A stretch of DNA of 64,000 nt from Octopus sinensis (GCF_006345805.1 NC_043000.1:30194001-30258000); one strand, 5' to 3'. Counted from the first letter of the stretch, positions 41,030 to 55,136 are shown. The notes: a model not told the origin generated them from the letters alone. Numbers and translations are program-made.

Positions 41030-41064
41030 GTCTATCTATCTACCTACCTACGTATCTATCTATC

Positions 41065-41143
<79 letters not shown>

Positions 41144-41272
41144 ACTATCTATCTATAAATTAGATAGGTATTATATATATAGACATGTACATACAAATGC
41201 ATGCATGCATGCAAACATGCATCAATGCATAGATACTTAGATACACACATACCCACATACATACTTACATGC

Positions 41273-41319
<47 letters not shown>

Positions 41320-41344
41320 TGTATGTATGTATGTATGTATATAT

Positions 41345-41394
<50 letters not shown>

Positions 41395-42043
41395 CATACA
41401 GATATCCACAATATACACAAGCTAGCAATCTTCTACGTACCCTTCTACATATTTACTTACGTATGCAAAATGGTTTCTTTCTGCGCATGTGGGTATACAT
41501 CTTACAAAATGATACGCACACGAGTGTAGGAAAATAAAGGCCTCCAAGCAGACTGTTATCTACGCGTCATCGTAATGAAGCTTTTCAAATACTGGACAAG
41601 TACACGCTCATACGTACAGATACATGAACGATTGCTAACCCCACAGTGGCACACTCATGGGCATACACATGCATATATGCATATGCACGTGTATCTCTCT
41701 CTATATATATATATGTGTGTCTGTGTGTGTCTGTGTGTGTGTGTGTGTCTGTGTGTGCGTGCATGTATGTGCATATATATATATAATAATACATTGACGC
41801 ACACACTTGCATAAACGAACACATATAAATACATACATTATACAGTGATTCCTGTATACATATGTATATACATTCAGAAACATGTATATACGACAATATG
41901 TACGCAGGTACGTACGTACCTATCTACCTACCTACCTACATACATACATACATACATACAAGCAAACATACATACAAGCATACATACATACATACATTCA
42001 TACATACATACATACATACATACGTACATACATACGTACATAC

Positions 42044-42074
<31 letters not shown>

Positions 42075-42720
42075 CATACATACATACATACATACATACA
42101 TACATGCATACATACCTACATGTATATATACATATAGGTATACATACATTCATACATGCATACATTTGCACATACTCATATATATATAAACACATACCTG
42201 CAGTCATAGACACATATATACATACATACATATATACGTACAACTATACATACGTATATGCATACATACATTTATAAATTCATACATATATGCGTACGCA
42301 TACATATATAAAAACATGCAAATATTCATGTAATTTTGAATACCCACATGCTTATATACTTGCATATATTCATCTGTATACCCATACATTCATACGACCA
42401 ACATGTGTGTATATATACACACATATATATCATACTCATATAAATTCTTATACCATGCTTCTTGGCATAAATCTGTTCGTAAATGTAGGCCTACACACAT
42501 ACAAGTATTTATGCATACACATATACATTAGTACATGCGGCTATACATGCGTTCACGCATACACATGCATACGCACAGACATACAAGCATATGCGCATAT
42601 GTCATACATATATACATACATATAAAAATACATACATCTTGCTTTTGTATATACATGCGTATCTATGTGCGTTCATATATTCGTACGTACATATATATAT
42701 ATTCAATCATACACTCACAC
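41030..42720. repeat. Long compound low-complexity tract: (CTAT)n, (TATG)n, (TA)n, (CATA)n and degenerate RY alternation
   Basis: direct reading. Confidence 0.9.
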
Positions 42721-43589
42721 ATACGGCCACATATAGTTCTATCGTGTTTTTAAGTACCCAAAAGGGGGTTACTAACTTTCATGTTTTTCATTGATTGATG
42801 ATCCTATGTTTATCGCATACATGAAATATCTCCAATTCCATTATTTTCAAGTGCTGATCGATATTATTGATTAGATCCATGAGCTATAAACCACTAAAAA
42901 ATATTTCCAATAGCGTGAAAGGAAAGAATAGATACAGCGAACCAATGTAACGAGCTTATGTTAAATAGACAGTAAGAATTATTGATGGCATAAATGTAAG
43001 TTTAGTTCAAAAATATTGAAGCTTCAGGTTAGATATTGGTTTTAATAAAGAGATATTGATGATGCAATGTCAACGAGCGTCGGCTAACCTGGTAAGTTGA
43101 AATATTTCATCTGACATTGTTGGATTCTTTAACATATACAGCAGGTTTAATATTAAATATTCTTTTCATATATATTTTATTATCGTGGGAGCGATAGATT
43201 ATTGTTTATCCCCATCAAGGTCCTGGTAGGGAAGGCCTCGTTTATTGGATTAGCGAAATCGACGTTGTTAAATCTTCGCTTGATGACTTGTAAGTTAACG
43301 GCTGCAGAATAAACAAATTCAGTTTGGAAATAATTCGCTTGGATCAACGGTTGTAAGTGTAGCTGTTGTGGTTATATTGGAAATTGAGAAACTGAACTAG
43401 GAGTCAGTTGAATGCTTTATGGATTGCGGCAAGGGAGTAAGTGTTTCCTCGGGAATACTTTAGTCGAGAGGCAGAAAGTGCAGTTAGTTTTCTGGTGCGG
43501 AGGCCACGTGAAATGACAGAGAGGAGACAGTACGTTTATGGGCATTTAAGGGAGAGAGACTGACATATGTTGGTGAACGATTTCTTACC

Positions 43590-44520
43590 ATTGACAACTG
43601 AAGTGAAACGGTTCGATCTGTTCTTTACGTACCACTGATGGGCTCTAGCAGACTGACTCTTACGAATTCTATTTTAACCAATCAATATGTGGCACAGATG
43701 TCACAGTTTGATGCGCGCATCAAATTCTAACTGTATTTCGACCAATCTGTATTTAGACATGATCAAAAATATCTGTATACATAACCACAGATATTTACAG
43801 AAATATGATCAGTACAGCATTACTTGGCTGCTCAATGATATCAACCTCATTGTCTTTGTATGCAGAGGTCTTTGAAGAAGAAGCAATCATAGGCTTGCGG
43901 ATTTCACAATACCTACGATATGTATGCCGGTATATGATGACGTTTAGCTTTTGTTGCGACCAATAAAACTCCTAGTGGCTGGTATTCAGGTTTAGGGAGA
44001 GATATGGGGCGATAATATTTTCGTCGTATATATAGTGGTTATGTAGTTTTTCCGAGAAAGTTGGTATGGCATCTTTGGTGGCTGTTTTCGATTTCTCGCT
44101 TCGTACAGTCAGCAAATTTAGCAAGAATTACCTACATTGCATGTGGGTGACGAATGATGATGGATATTTAGCAAAAATAAAAGAAAAATCAGATCAAATT
44201 GGCGCATCCATCAAACCGTAACATCTAAACCACATACTGATTGGTCGAAATGCAGTTAGAATTTGGTGCACGCATCAAACTGTGACATCTGTGCCACATA
44301 TTGATTGGTCAAAATAGAATTCGTAAGAGTCAGTCTGCTAGAGCCCATCAGTGGTACGTAAAGAACAAATCTAACCGTTTCACTTCAGTTGTCAATTGTG
44401 GAACACGACTGTCACTACATAAACCTGATGATTGCGCAACGAATGAAAGTACTAGTTTATTTCTATATTGTAAAATTCCAAAAATTGTAAATAAAACGTG
44501 AAAACCATACCAGGTTAAAC
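43590..44520. mobile_element. Penelope-like pLTR with inverted partial copy
   Basis: arms 43590-43752 and 44234-44396 are reverse complements (about 163 bp); hammerhead motif just beyond the right arm. Confidence 0.7.
44419..44460 (+). ncRNA. Minimal type I hammerhead ribozyme motif
   Basis: ataaac-CTGATGA-ttgcgcaacgaat-GAAA-GTACT-A-gtttat; 6-bp stem I; palindromic stem III AGTACT; weak stem II. Confidence 0.65.
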
Positions 44521-44881
44521 TTTCATTGATTAATATATTTTTCTATACAGAATCATACAAACTAGGATATCTCTATGTACATCTATATCTATGTATGTAT
44601 GTATGTATGTATGTATGTATGTATGTAGTATGTATGTATGTATGTATGTATGTATGTAGTATGTATGTATGTATGTATGCAAGTATGTATGTATGTATGC
44701 ATATATGTATGTATGTATCTATCTATCAATCTATCTATCTCTATTTCACTCTCTGTATTTATCTCTCTCACTCTTTAGTTATCTCTCTCTTTCTCTCCCT
44801 CTATATATATTTCGCTCTCTCACGCTATCTCTCTCTATATATAAACATATGCAGTCATTCATGCACGCGTGCGCATACACA

Positions 44882-44961
<80 letters not shown>

Positions 44962-46183
44962 CACGTATCCACATAGAGAGAAAGAGAAAGTACAAGTGAG
45001 AAATGGAAATGTTGGGAGAGGTGAAGTACTTTATCTTGGTCGTATTTCTTGAATTTAACGAAAAGACACATGGCACAAGTTTGAAGTATTTAAGAAATGT
45101 GTTATTATTTTCACGCTTAAAAGAAGAGAGAGTTGCTTTGAAGTTTCGGACTGTTGTCCAAAATGAAAAACAAGAATAGGAAAGAAACGAATGGTGGGGA
45201 GAAAGAACGAAAGAAAAGAGAATGTTTAGGGAACAGATAGAAATGCAGTTCTATGGGAAGAGATAAAAGGAGAAGCGGAGGTGAGGTGGGGTTTTGCGAG
45301 TATGGGAAGATGTCCGTGTATAGAGATAAACACAGGGTGCAGTGTTTGTGCGGTAAGGGTCTTGGATGCATGTGGTTTTTTTCTTTGGGTGGGTGAAAAT
45401 TTGTGGGGGTGAGAAGGCTAATGCTACTGTATAGTGGTGATGTGGGAGGGCGATGTATAGGTGTAATCGTGTTGAATGTGAAAGGAAATTTTGGGTTTGG
45501 CTGCTATCACATCGTATGAAATAAATAATTGAGTTAGACTATTGGAAATGAGGGGAAGTCAAGAGGACTTTTACGGTAGACTAGAAACCAGGCCCGGGTA
45601 AATGCAGCAAAGCAGTTTGCAGCAGAGCCATTCAAGAGTTAAACGTTGTGCTTAACCGAGTGATAGGTTAAATACAACTACTAAGAAGAAATGACTTTCC
45701 GGCAGCGGCGATCCACACATTTCTAATCCATGCAACGTCAGTGAACTGGTCACACTGATATAAGACATTTGCTCAAACCATATCGCAGTGGGATTCAACA
45801 CGATACTCTGCTGTTTATCGACCATGATAAATCTAATACTATGCATTGTTTCCGTACTTTAGATAGAAATTCAAAGCTAATGTAATTTATTTTACGTATT
45901 TTCCCGACATCAAGATGGCCATGTGCAAAGACGTCATAAGCGAATGCACTTTATATTTTAACCTGGAATGATAAGCTAGTCACCACATCCACCATAATAG
46001 ATTTTCTGTGAAATTCTATTTCGTTGGTTAGTGTAAAGTAGAACACGCTTCTGAGACGTGTCAGAGCAGGTCATTAACGTTTACTTCATCAAATTAACTT
46101 CAGTCTCATTAAAAGTTGTGACAAATGAATATTGTCACGCAAATGGGAATGTCTTAGTTTCAAGCAAATAATTTATGTAGAGG

Positions 46184-46781
46184 AGCAGGCGTGGCTGTGT
46201 GGTTACAAGTTTGCTTCCCAAACACATAGTTCTGCATTCGGTTCCACTATGTGGCATATTGAGCAAGTGGCTGCTACTATAGACATGGACCGACCAAATC
46301 GTTGTGAGTGAATTTGATAGAGAAGCTGATATATATATTTCTTTTTCTTTTACTTATTTCAGTCATTTGACTGTGGACATGCTGGAGCACCGCCTTTAAT
46401 CGAGCAACTCGACCCCGGGACTTATTCTTTTGTAAGCCCAGTACTTATTCTATCGGTCTCTTTTGCCGAACCACTAAGTAACAGGGACATAAACACACCA
46501 GCATCAGTTATCAAGCAATGCTAGGGGGACAAACACAGACACACAAACACACACACATATATATACAGATATACGACGGGCTTCTTTCAGTTTCCGTCTA
46601 CCAAATCCACTCACACGTCTTTGGTCGGCCCGAGGCTATAGTAGAAGACACTTGTCCAAGGTGCCACGCAGTGGGACTGAACCCGGAAGCATGTGGGTGG
46701 TAAACAAGCTACTTACCACACAGTCACTCCACATCTATCCATCCATCCATCCATACATCCATCCATCCATATATACATACA

Positions 46782-46816
<35 letters not shown>

Positions 46817-46877
46817 TGACACACACACATACATACATACATACATACATACATACATACATACATACATACATACA

Positions 46878-46913
<36 letters not shown>

Positions 46914-47076
46914 TATGTGTTATATGTGTGGTAAGAAGCTTGCTTCCCAACCACATGGTTCCGGGTTCAGTCCCGCTGTGTTGCACATTGGGAAACTATA
47001 TTCTACTATAGCTTCGGACCGACCAAAGCCTTGTGAGTGGATTTGGTGGACGGAAACTGAAAAAAGTCCGTCGTAT
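46184..47076. mobile_element. Cluster of group B SINEs: + head (46184-46325), full - copy (46340-46730), + head (46925-47076)
   Basis: match to consensus. Confidence 0.88.
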
Positions 47077-47093
47077 ATCTATCTATCTATCTT

Positions 47094-47179
<86 letters not shown>

Positions 47180-47239
47180 AATTTATCTATCTATACATAC
47201 ATACATACATACATACATACATACCTACATACATACACG

Positions 47240-47570
47240 TTTATGGACTTGTTTTGCAAGATTTCAGATGTAAAACCGTGTGTTGAAACATATACTGATA
47301 TATTTTGGGACAGTCGCTTTTATTTGACAAAGAAAAAAAATGGCTCTCCCGAAATATACATTCGCTTGCTTTCTTCCAAGTCTAGTGATCGTAGCTTAGA
47401 TTTTCTTGAGGCCGGCCAGATTCGAGCAGTCTCGGATGTAACCGGCCCAAACTGCTAAGATGATCTGGAACTCGACTGAGGATAGGAAGCTCCGAATGAC
47501 CTGTCCTTTGTTTTTTCCTGGCATTTTTGTATCGTCTAACTGTCTGGATGTTTTGTTGTCACCTGTTATG
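47240..47570 (+). mobile_element. Probable decayed Penelope-like terminal repeat
   Basis: broken hammerhead-like remnants (gccgg..ccggc-caaa; ctgagga..gga/tcc-gaa) between microsatellites. Confidence 0.35.
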
Positions 47571-47576
47571 TGTGTA

Positions 47577-47611
<35 letters not shown>

Positions 47612-48230
47612 CCTTCGTTTAATGTCATGTGCCCATATATTTGGCATCGTAAGTTAAAGCTGTCACGGTTGAATGAACGTATGTAGTAACAATCTCAAAG
47701 TATCAAAGCTGTCTAAATTTTATCTGTCAAATGTGGTAGAGGAAGAACCCATGAGTAGCATAAGAAATTTTTGTAGGCTCTCCGCAAGAACATTTTTTAC
47801 GTCGAAAATTAAGGATGACAAGCACGGCTTTTTGAGTCCACACCCAGCCTCATATACACTGGATGGTCTTTGACTTTCGTGTGTTCATCTGTGCTTTGAC
47901 GGGTCTTGATTTTCCTCCCACAGGATGAGTGAACATGTCTAGTGGCAGTACTAAAACGAGGCTCCCTAAATTTAATCTGCCATATGGTAGACTGGTCAGG
48001 GGTTACTTCTTTGTAGCTCAGTTTCTTTGTGGCAGTTTATGTTCTCCAATAAATTTATGCATTACTGCAGGATTTTCAACCATTTTTTCCTATGAACTCC
48101 TTTGCTTACTATTTTCTTCTGATGGCCCCCTATACCCATTCAATGTTTAAAAAAGAAGTTTTATAAAAACTTCTTTCAAAATTCCTATTTTGTTTTCCAT
48201 ACCTTAACTTGTGTCTGTATGATGTTAGGT

Positions 48231-48598
48231 GCCGGATGTGGCTGTTTGGTAAAAAGCTTGCTTCCCAACAACATGGTTCCGGGTTGACCAAAGCCTTGTG
48301 AGTGGATTTGGTAGACGGAAACTGAAGGAGGCCCATCGTGTATATATATATATATATATCTATATATATATATGTATATGTGTGTGTGTGCATGTAAGTA
48401 TGTTTGTGTCTGTGTTTGTCCCTCCACCATCGCTTGACACCCGATGTTGGTGTGTTTACGTCCCCGTAACTTAGCGCTTCTGCAAAGAAACCTGTTACAA
48501 TAAATTCCACGCTTAGGTCCTGGGGTCGATGCGTTCGTCTAAATGCGGTACTACAGCATGGCCGCAGTCAAATGACTGAAACAATTAAAATAATAAAG
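48231..48598 (+). mobile_element. SINE group B with internal deletion
   Basis: match to consensus. Confidence 0.85.
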
Positions 48599-48861
48599 AA
48601 ACCGAGCTGTCTCTTGCAATACACACTTCAAAAGCAATATGTTTTTCAGTAACCTTGAAAATACAATTGTGGGTCTCCAATTTACTATTTTGTTTCGTAG
48701 GCCGACAAAAATCTTAAATGGACCCTCAACGGCCATATGGACCCCGGTTGAGTACCTTTGCGTTCGTATCGTGCAGAGAAGAGTCAGGATTACATTCAAC
48801 ACGTCAACCAGCAGAATGAGTTCATGTGTGAATTGTTATTGGTGAATATAGTTTTCTCCTT

Positions 48862-49219
48862 TATTTCTCTTATGCTTTTATTTGTTTAAGTCATTTGACT
48901 GTGGCCATGCTGGAGCAGAGCATTTTAATCGAATAAATCGACCCCCAGGACATAGTCCATCGGTTCCTTGTGCTGAATCGCTAAGTTACGGGGACCTGCA
49001 CATACCAAGATCGGTTGTCAAGCGATGGTGGTGGGACAAACACAGACGCTAAGACACACATAAATATATGCATATATATATAATTATATATATATGTGTG
49101 TGTGTGGGTGTGGGTGTGGGTGTGTGTGTGTGGGTGTGGGTGTGGGTGTGGGTGTGTGTGTGGTGTGTGTGTATGTATATATGTATATATATATATATAT
49201 ATTATACATATATATATAT

Positions 49220-49253
<34 letters not shown>

Positions 49254-49256
49254 TAT

Positions 49257-49306
<50 letters not shown>

Positions 49307-49311
49307 GTATA

Positions 49312-49344
<33 letters not shown>

Positions 49345-49363
49345 GATATATATATATATATAT

Positions 49364-49399
<36 letters not shown>

Positions 49400-49590
49400 C
49401 ATACATACATATATACATACATACATACATACGATGGATTCCTCTCAGTTTCCGTCTACCAAATCCACCCCCAAGGCTTTTGTCGGCCCCAGGCGAAAGC
49501 AGAAGGAATTTGCCTAAGGTACCACGCAGTGGAACAGAACCCGGATCCATGTGATTGGGCAGCAAGCTTCTTATCACACAGCCACGCCTG
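48862..49590 (-). mobile_element. SINE group B with about 370 bp expanded internal microsatellite
   Basis: tail at 48862-49060, head at 49430-49590. Confidence 0.85.
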
Positions 49591-50018
49591 GGTCTTTGTT
49601 AAAATTTATTCCGTTATAGTTTGTATTTTTGTATGAATATATTTTCCTTTGTGTACCCGTGTTTGGTCTGTGGTATTGACTGAGATAAAGTGGAAAGACT
49701 TCTCTGCCGTGACTGACACTTTCCTTGTTAACAGTTCCGGTTCCCTGAGAATTTGACATTACTAATTATAAGGCAGCATTTATAAGGTTGTGCAATCTCC
49801 AGCATATTTATCGTGACACCATCACTAGGCTGGTTGCCAACCAAGGCTCTTTGAGTCCACACTCAGTCTCATATACACTGGATGGTCTTTGAATTCCATC
49901 TGTTCATCTGTGATTTTACGGGTCTTGATTTCTCTCCCTCAGGCTGTCCAATTATCACCCACTTACCCAAACAATTTGATAGTATTTTCATATTAAGCTC
50001 AATTACAGCATACATTCG

Positions 50019-50474
50019 AGGCAGTAAGTTGGCAGATTCGTTAGTACGCCGGGTGAAATGCTTAAAGGTATTTTATCTGCGGCGAGCTGGCAGAAACGTT
50101 AGCACGCCGGGCGAAATACTTAGCGGTATTTCGTCTGCCGCTACGTTCTGAGTTCAAATTCCGCCGAGGTCGACTTTGCCTTTCATCCTTTTGGGGTCGA
50201 TTAAATAAGTACCAGTTACGCACTGGGGTCGATATAATCGACTTAATCCGTTTGTCTGTCCTTGTTTGTCCTCTGTGTTTAGCCCCTTGTGGGTAGTAAA
50301 GAAATAGGTATTTTATCTGTCTTTTACGTTCTGAGTTCAAATTCCGCCGAAGTCGACTTTACTTTTCATCTTTTCGGGATTGATAAATTAAGTACCAGTT
50401 GCGTATTGTGGTCGACCAAATCGACTGGCCTTCTCCTCCAAAATTTCGGGCCTTGTGCCTAGAGTAGAAAAGAA
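50019..50474 (+). mobile_element. SINE group A dimer preceded by an extra head
   Basis: match to consensus. Confidence 0.9.
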
Positions 50475-51043
50475 TTACAGCACACCTTCGCCAACACCGG
50501 AACATAACCTTTAAATTACTGCTTACGATTCTATGCCTTTCATCGTACCTGTGGCTATGGCGAAAGAATGTGTATGGTGGACGCGTCTGAAAGGTCTAGA
50601 GACATGCACATTCCTCTCTAGTCAATCTCTCATCAACTTCTTCACGTATCACTTGAAGAGGAAGATGAGAGTAGAGAGGGAGGCTTTGTCCAGTGAATGT
50701 TCCAAAAAATGATGGGTGAATTTAGCAAGGATGACACGTGTGAATGACGGAGCCACCTTAACCATAATCCTATGAACCAAAAAAAAGAGAAGGAAAGTGA
50801 GAACCACTTACTGCAATGGATGTTTTTGCATGACATTATTGCCCGAGGTTACCGTGGTCTTTTCTGTAGGTCTTTCTTTCCCCGGATAAGCCTAATCTGT
50901 TTCCCCTTTTTACATTATGACATTTCTGTGATACACGATCCCTTTTGATCGAAATGCTACCCCCTTTTTTTCCTCCCAAAAGAAAGGCCCTGCTTTGTAT
51001 TTTGTCATCTCTGTTCAGCCCTGAGTGGCCAATAAACAAACAG

Positions 51044-51113
<70 letters not shown>

Positions 51114-51135
51114 ACACATATATATACATATATAC

Positions 51136-51279
<144 letters not shown>

Positions 51280-51305
51280 GTATATATGTATATATATGTG
51301 TATAT

Positions 51306-52088
51306 ATTAATAAATTTTTGGGTAGTAAAACATTCTAGAAAAATTCTCCGCTACCAGCGGTCAAGTGAGAAAGGAAAAAATAGTCAATAGACTATATAAT
51401 ATACATTCAAACATATAAGGGATGGCTATAATAGAACATCCGACTCACTAGAAAGAGCAGCTAGACTCCAAACCACTAATAGTTGTAATTCTGAAATGGA
51501 AAGAGAAATAAAAACGTTTACCCTTTCTTTTCTGGACTATGCATTGTTTCGGCAATCTTATGTAAATAAATTAAATTAAATTTATTTACCACTGGCGTTG
51601 CACTCATCAGCAGAAAAGCCAAGGACTACCATATATTCACGAGGCGATAACGAGCATGCCTGGAGTCTATATGCTATAAATTTTCAAAATCCACCGCATT
51701 CGCGCGGTTTACTCAGCAGTAAATATAAACTGCCGATTTAATTTCAAAATTAGCCAAAAAATCATTAATTAATAAATTTTAGGGTAGCAAAACATTGTAG
51801 AAAAATTCTCCGCTACCAGCGGTCAAGTGAGAAAGAAAAAAAATAATCAATAGACTATATAATATACATTCAAACATATAAGGGATGGCTATAATAGAAC
51901 ATCCGACTCACTAGAAAGAGCAGCTAAACTCCAAACCACTAATAGTTGTAATTCTGAAATGGAAAGAGAAATAAAAAAGAGAAATTTCTCTTTCCATTTC
52001 AGAATTACAACTATTAGTGGTTTGGAGTTTAGCTGCTCTTTCTAGTGAGTCGGATGTTCTATTATAGCCATCCCTTATATGTTTGAAT
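51306..52088 (-). mobile_element. Hammerhead-bearing 462-bp unit with partial tandem repeat and terminal inversion (Penelope pLTR or retrozyme-like)
   Basis: direct repeats 51306-51514 / 51768-51977; inverted arms 51868-51972 / 51984-52088. Confidence 0.8.
51527..51618 (-). ncRNA. Type I hammerhead ribozyme
   Basis: minus strand: cttttctg-CTGATGA-gtgcaa..ttgcc-GAAA-caatgcata-GTC-cagaaaag; perfect 8-bp stem I; GUC cleavage triplet. Confidence 0.85.
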
Positions 52089-52090
52089 TT

Positions 52091-52139
<49 letters not shown>

Positions 52140-52151
52140 GTATCTAATTAA

Positions 52152-52272
<121 letters not shown>

Positions 52273-53355
52273 GCGGAGAGAGGGAGAGAGAAACAAAAGG
52301 AAAAGCAAAAGAAAGACTACAACAACAACAACAGGGGATGGGGAGAGAAGAACGCATGTTTGTCCAATGAATGCTGGACTCATTGTAGTATTTAAACGAC
52401 AATCATTGAAAACCTCGTGAAAACAGAGAAACAATGAAACATTTTGTGCATATCATTAACGTAAATGATTATAAACAAAAATAATTATAAATTACAATAT
52501 TTACTTTTTCTCTTGTGTATCTTCTTTTTTCCTATTTTATTCTTAATTCTCTGAAGAATTCCATCTCGCTTGTTGACAGCGATTCGTAACTATGGCAGTA
52601 TATTCCATACTTTGAGTATTTCAATATGTCTGACTGGCTTTGTCTCTGTGGTATAATTACTAGCACTGCTCTTATGTAGTTTAAAACATTTCTAACAGAT
52701 GTATTTGACATGCAGTGTTTCTGCCTTTTGTACAGTTGTTTCTTGTTTTTTGTACATTCTGAATGCATACCAGATATAACTCATATTATCATATCTAATT
52801 GTATTAAGCTACATTTGAATTTTTACATCATTACATTATACCTTATAATGTAATTATCCACATTATTGCATGTATGCATTTCCCTATATTAGATAGAATT
52901 CATATAAGCGTATGACCACATTTATAGTTCAAATACTTCCTCAATGAGAAAAAAAAATATGAATTCCTCCGGCTGATGCTTTTACTAACGCTTCGGTTCC
53001 GCTAAAACATCTTCCGAGGTTTTAGGGGAAATCTGCTGGTTTCTGTGTACGTAACTCTTCTCTGTATGTATTTTCGAAATTTATCACACTGTAGTATTAC
53101 TCTTTTACTCTTTTACCTGTTTCAGTCATTTGACTGCGGCCATGCTGGAGCACCGCCTTTAGTCGAGCAAATCGACCCCAGGACTTGTTCTTTGTAAGCC
53201 TAGTACTTATTCTATCGGTCTCTTTTTGCCGAACCGCTAAGTTACGGGGACGTAAACACACCAGCATCGGTTGTCAAGCGATGTTGGGGGGACAAACACA
53301 GACACACAAACATATATACACATACATACATACATACATACATACATACATACAT

Positions 53356-53810
53356 ACCCACATGATTGACCGATGCCTGACCCGTTAAATTCTTCAGGCA
53401 CCGGTTCTCAACATACACTGATAAACAGTTTCGCCATGGGCTCTTAGGAGCATAGTTCGATTTGTTTTTGCTCCGCCTCAGTTCTGTTTTTGTTTTTCCA
53501 ACGGATTTCCTATTTTCTTCCTGAAGAGAAAGACACAATATGGTCCCATTATTCAATCGGATTTTGGTAATTTGTGCCTTTCGAAACACGTGTAGAATGA
53601 AATAAAACGATTTCTGTTCAATCTGCGTTCAGCTCCATTTCTTCAATTCACCAATAATGTTTTAATTTCAATTATCCGCACCAACGCACGGTTGCAACAC
53701 CATATGGTTGTACCTCCAACCGTGCTGTTTACTGCTGTGATTTTTGCTACTAAGGTATCGGTTAAACTTTTGATTAATCTACTACAAGATTATTCATCTT
53801 TCTATTTCAC

Positions 53811-53812
<2 letters not shown>
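53356..53812 (+). mobile_element. About 460-bp hammerhead-bearing element, copy 1
   Basis: highly similar to 58506-58967; both end ctatttcaca+(TA)n. Confidence 0.85.
53511..53604 (+). ncRNA. Type I hammerhead ribozyme
   Basis: tattttcttc-CTGAAGA-gaaagacacaa..ttgtgcctttc-GAAA-CACGTG-TA-gaatgaaata. Confidence 0.85.
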
Positions 53813-53892
<80 letters not shown>

Positions 53893-55062
53893 GATGGGTT
53901 TCTTTCAGTTTCCGTCTACCATTCCACTCACAAGGCTTTGGTCGGCCCGGGGGTATAGCAGAAGACAATTTCCCAAGGTGCCACGCAGTGGGACTGAACC
54001 TGGAACCACGTGGTTCGGAAACAAGTTACTTACCACACAGCCACTCCTACGCCTATGTTACTAAAGATATTAACAAGTATTTCAGTATCTAATATTACTG
54101 CACTGCGCTACAGTTTACTTCCACCACATTTCTTCAGAACATTTGTTATTAAAGGAATGCAACTCAAGATTGTCTGTGTAAATATAGTTTATTGTTCAAT
54201 AATTAAAGTCGAGAAAAATGTACTCCGTCCAGTGAGAGATAAATATCATTAAAGGCACCCATTATAAAGATAAGAGCAGCTAACAATTTTTGTTGTGAAG
54301 AAACGTGTTTTTTTGTTATTACATACCTTGCATCTCCAAGCAATCTTATGGATCTCTATATAAAACAGCCTTGCAGCTGATTGATCATATTTTCTTCTAT
54401 TATTTCTACCGCTACATTGCCTCGAGCCAGCACCTATTTCTGTGAATGCTATATTATTGCACTTAAGGTCAGGTCTTTTTTATTTTGATATTAAGGCATA
54501 CTCAGACCAGGAACTTGGCCAGAATTCTTGCAGAAAAGGGACTCCTCCATTAATGAGACCAGGGTCGGGTTGGTGATGTAAATGCCACCACGAATTAAAG
54601 TCTACCGCGCATGGCAGTATTTAAACTTAGAGCCCAAAGTGCAGGAACAATTACCACAAGGCGTCCATCGATAGCTCTAACAAAGCCATTAGGTGGCTGC
54701 TCGGACTCTTACATTATATGTCGACAGCAGAAGAAGAAAGGCAAAACTGACCTCGTCAGAATCTGCAATCAGGATGCATGAATTCGAAGTAAATACCGAA
54801 AGCTTTTCTCTTTATGCACTTAAGATTTTGCCATCTCTTCGATTATAGCCATTGCTATTGTTTCGCGGTGTTACAAAACTACGTATTTATAGTTTAAGTG
54901 AAGAGACCCAAAAGTTCCAACATGACTAGTCACTCATATCTAAATTGGAAACCGGAGAAATGTAAAATATTGTCGGTTTAGTCGGGATTTTGAATACTGA
55001 CTGCGTCAGAGAGAATTGCTTATATACATACATACATACATGCATACATACATATATATATA

Positions 55063-55093
<31 letters not shown>

Positions 55094-55100
55094 CATATTC

Positions 55101-55136
<36 letters not shown>

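Larger units (their letters stand above)
53098..54054 (-). mobile_element. SINE group B interrupted in its internal microsatellite by a hammerhead element
   Basis: tail half 53098-53310, head half 53892-54054. Confidence 0.88.

Noticed and set aside
45135-45175. Minus-strand ggac-aaca-gtcc-GAAAC hairpin
   Set aside because: The CUGANGA half is missing; at most a decayed Penelope terminus.
52532-52768. 78-aa minus-strand ORF
   Set aside because: No recognisable domain or splice support; may be LINE debris.
52966-53020. cctccgg-CTGATGC..AAAACATCTT-ccgagg hammerhead-like remnant
   Set aside because: Both core halves are mutated and stem II is unclear; not supportable without a consensus.
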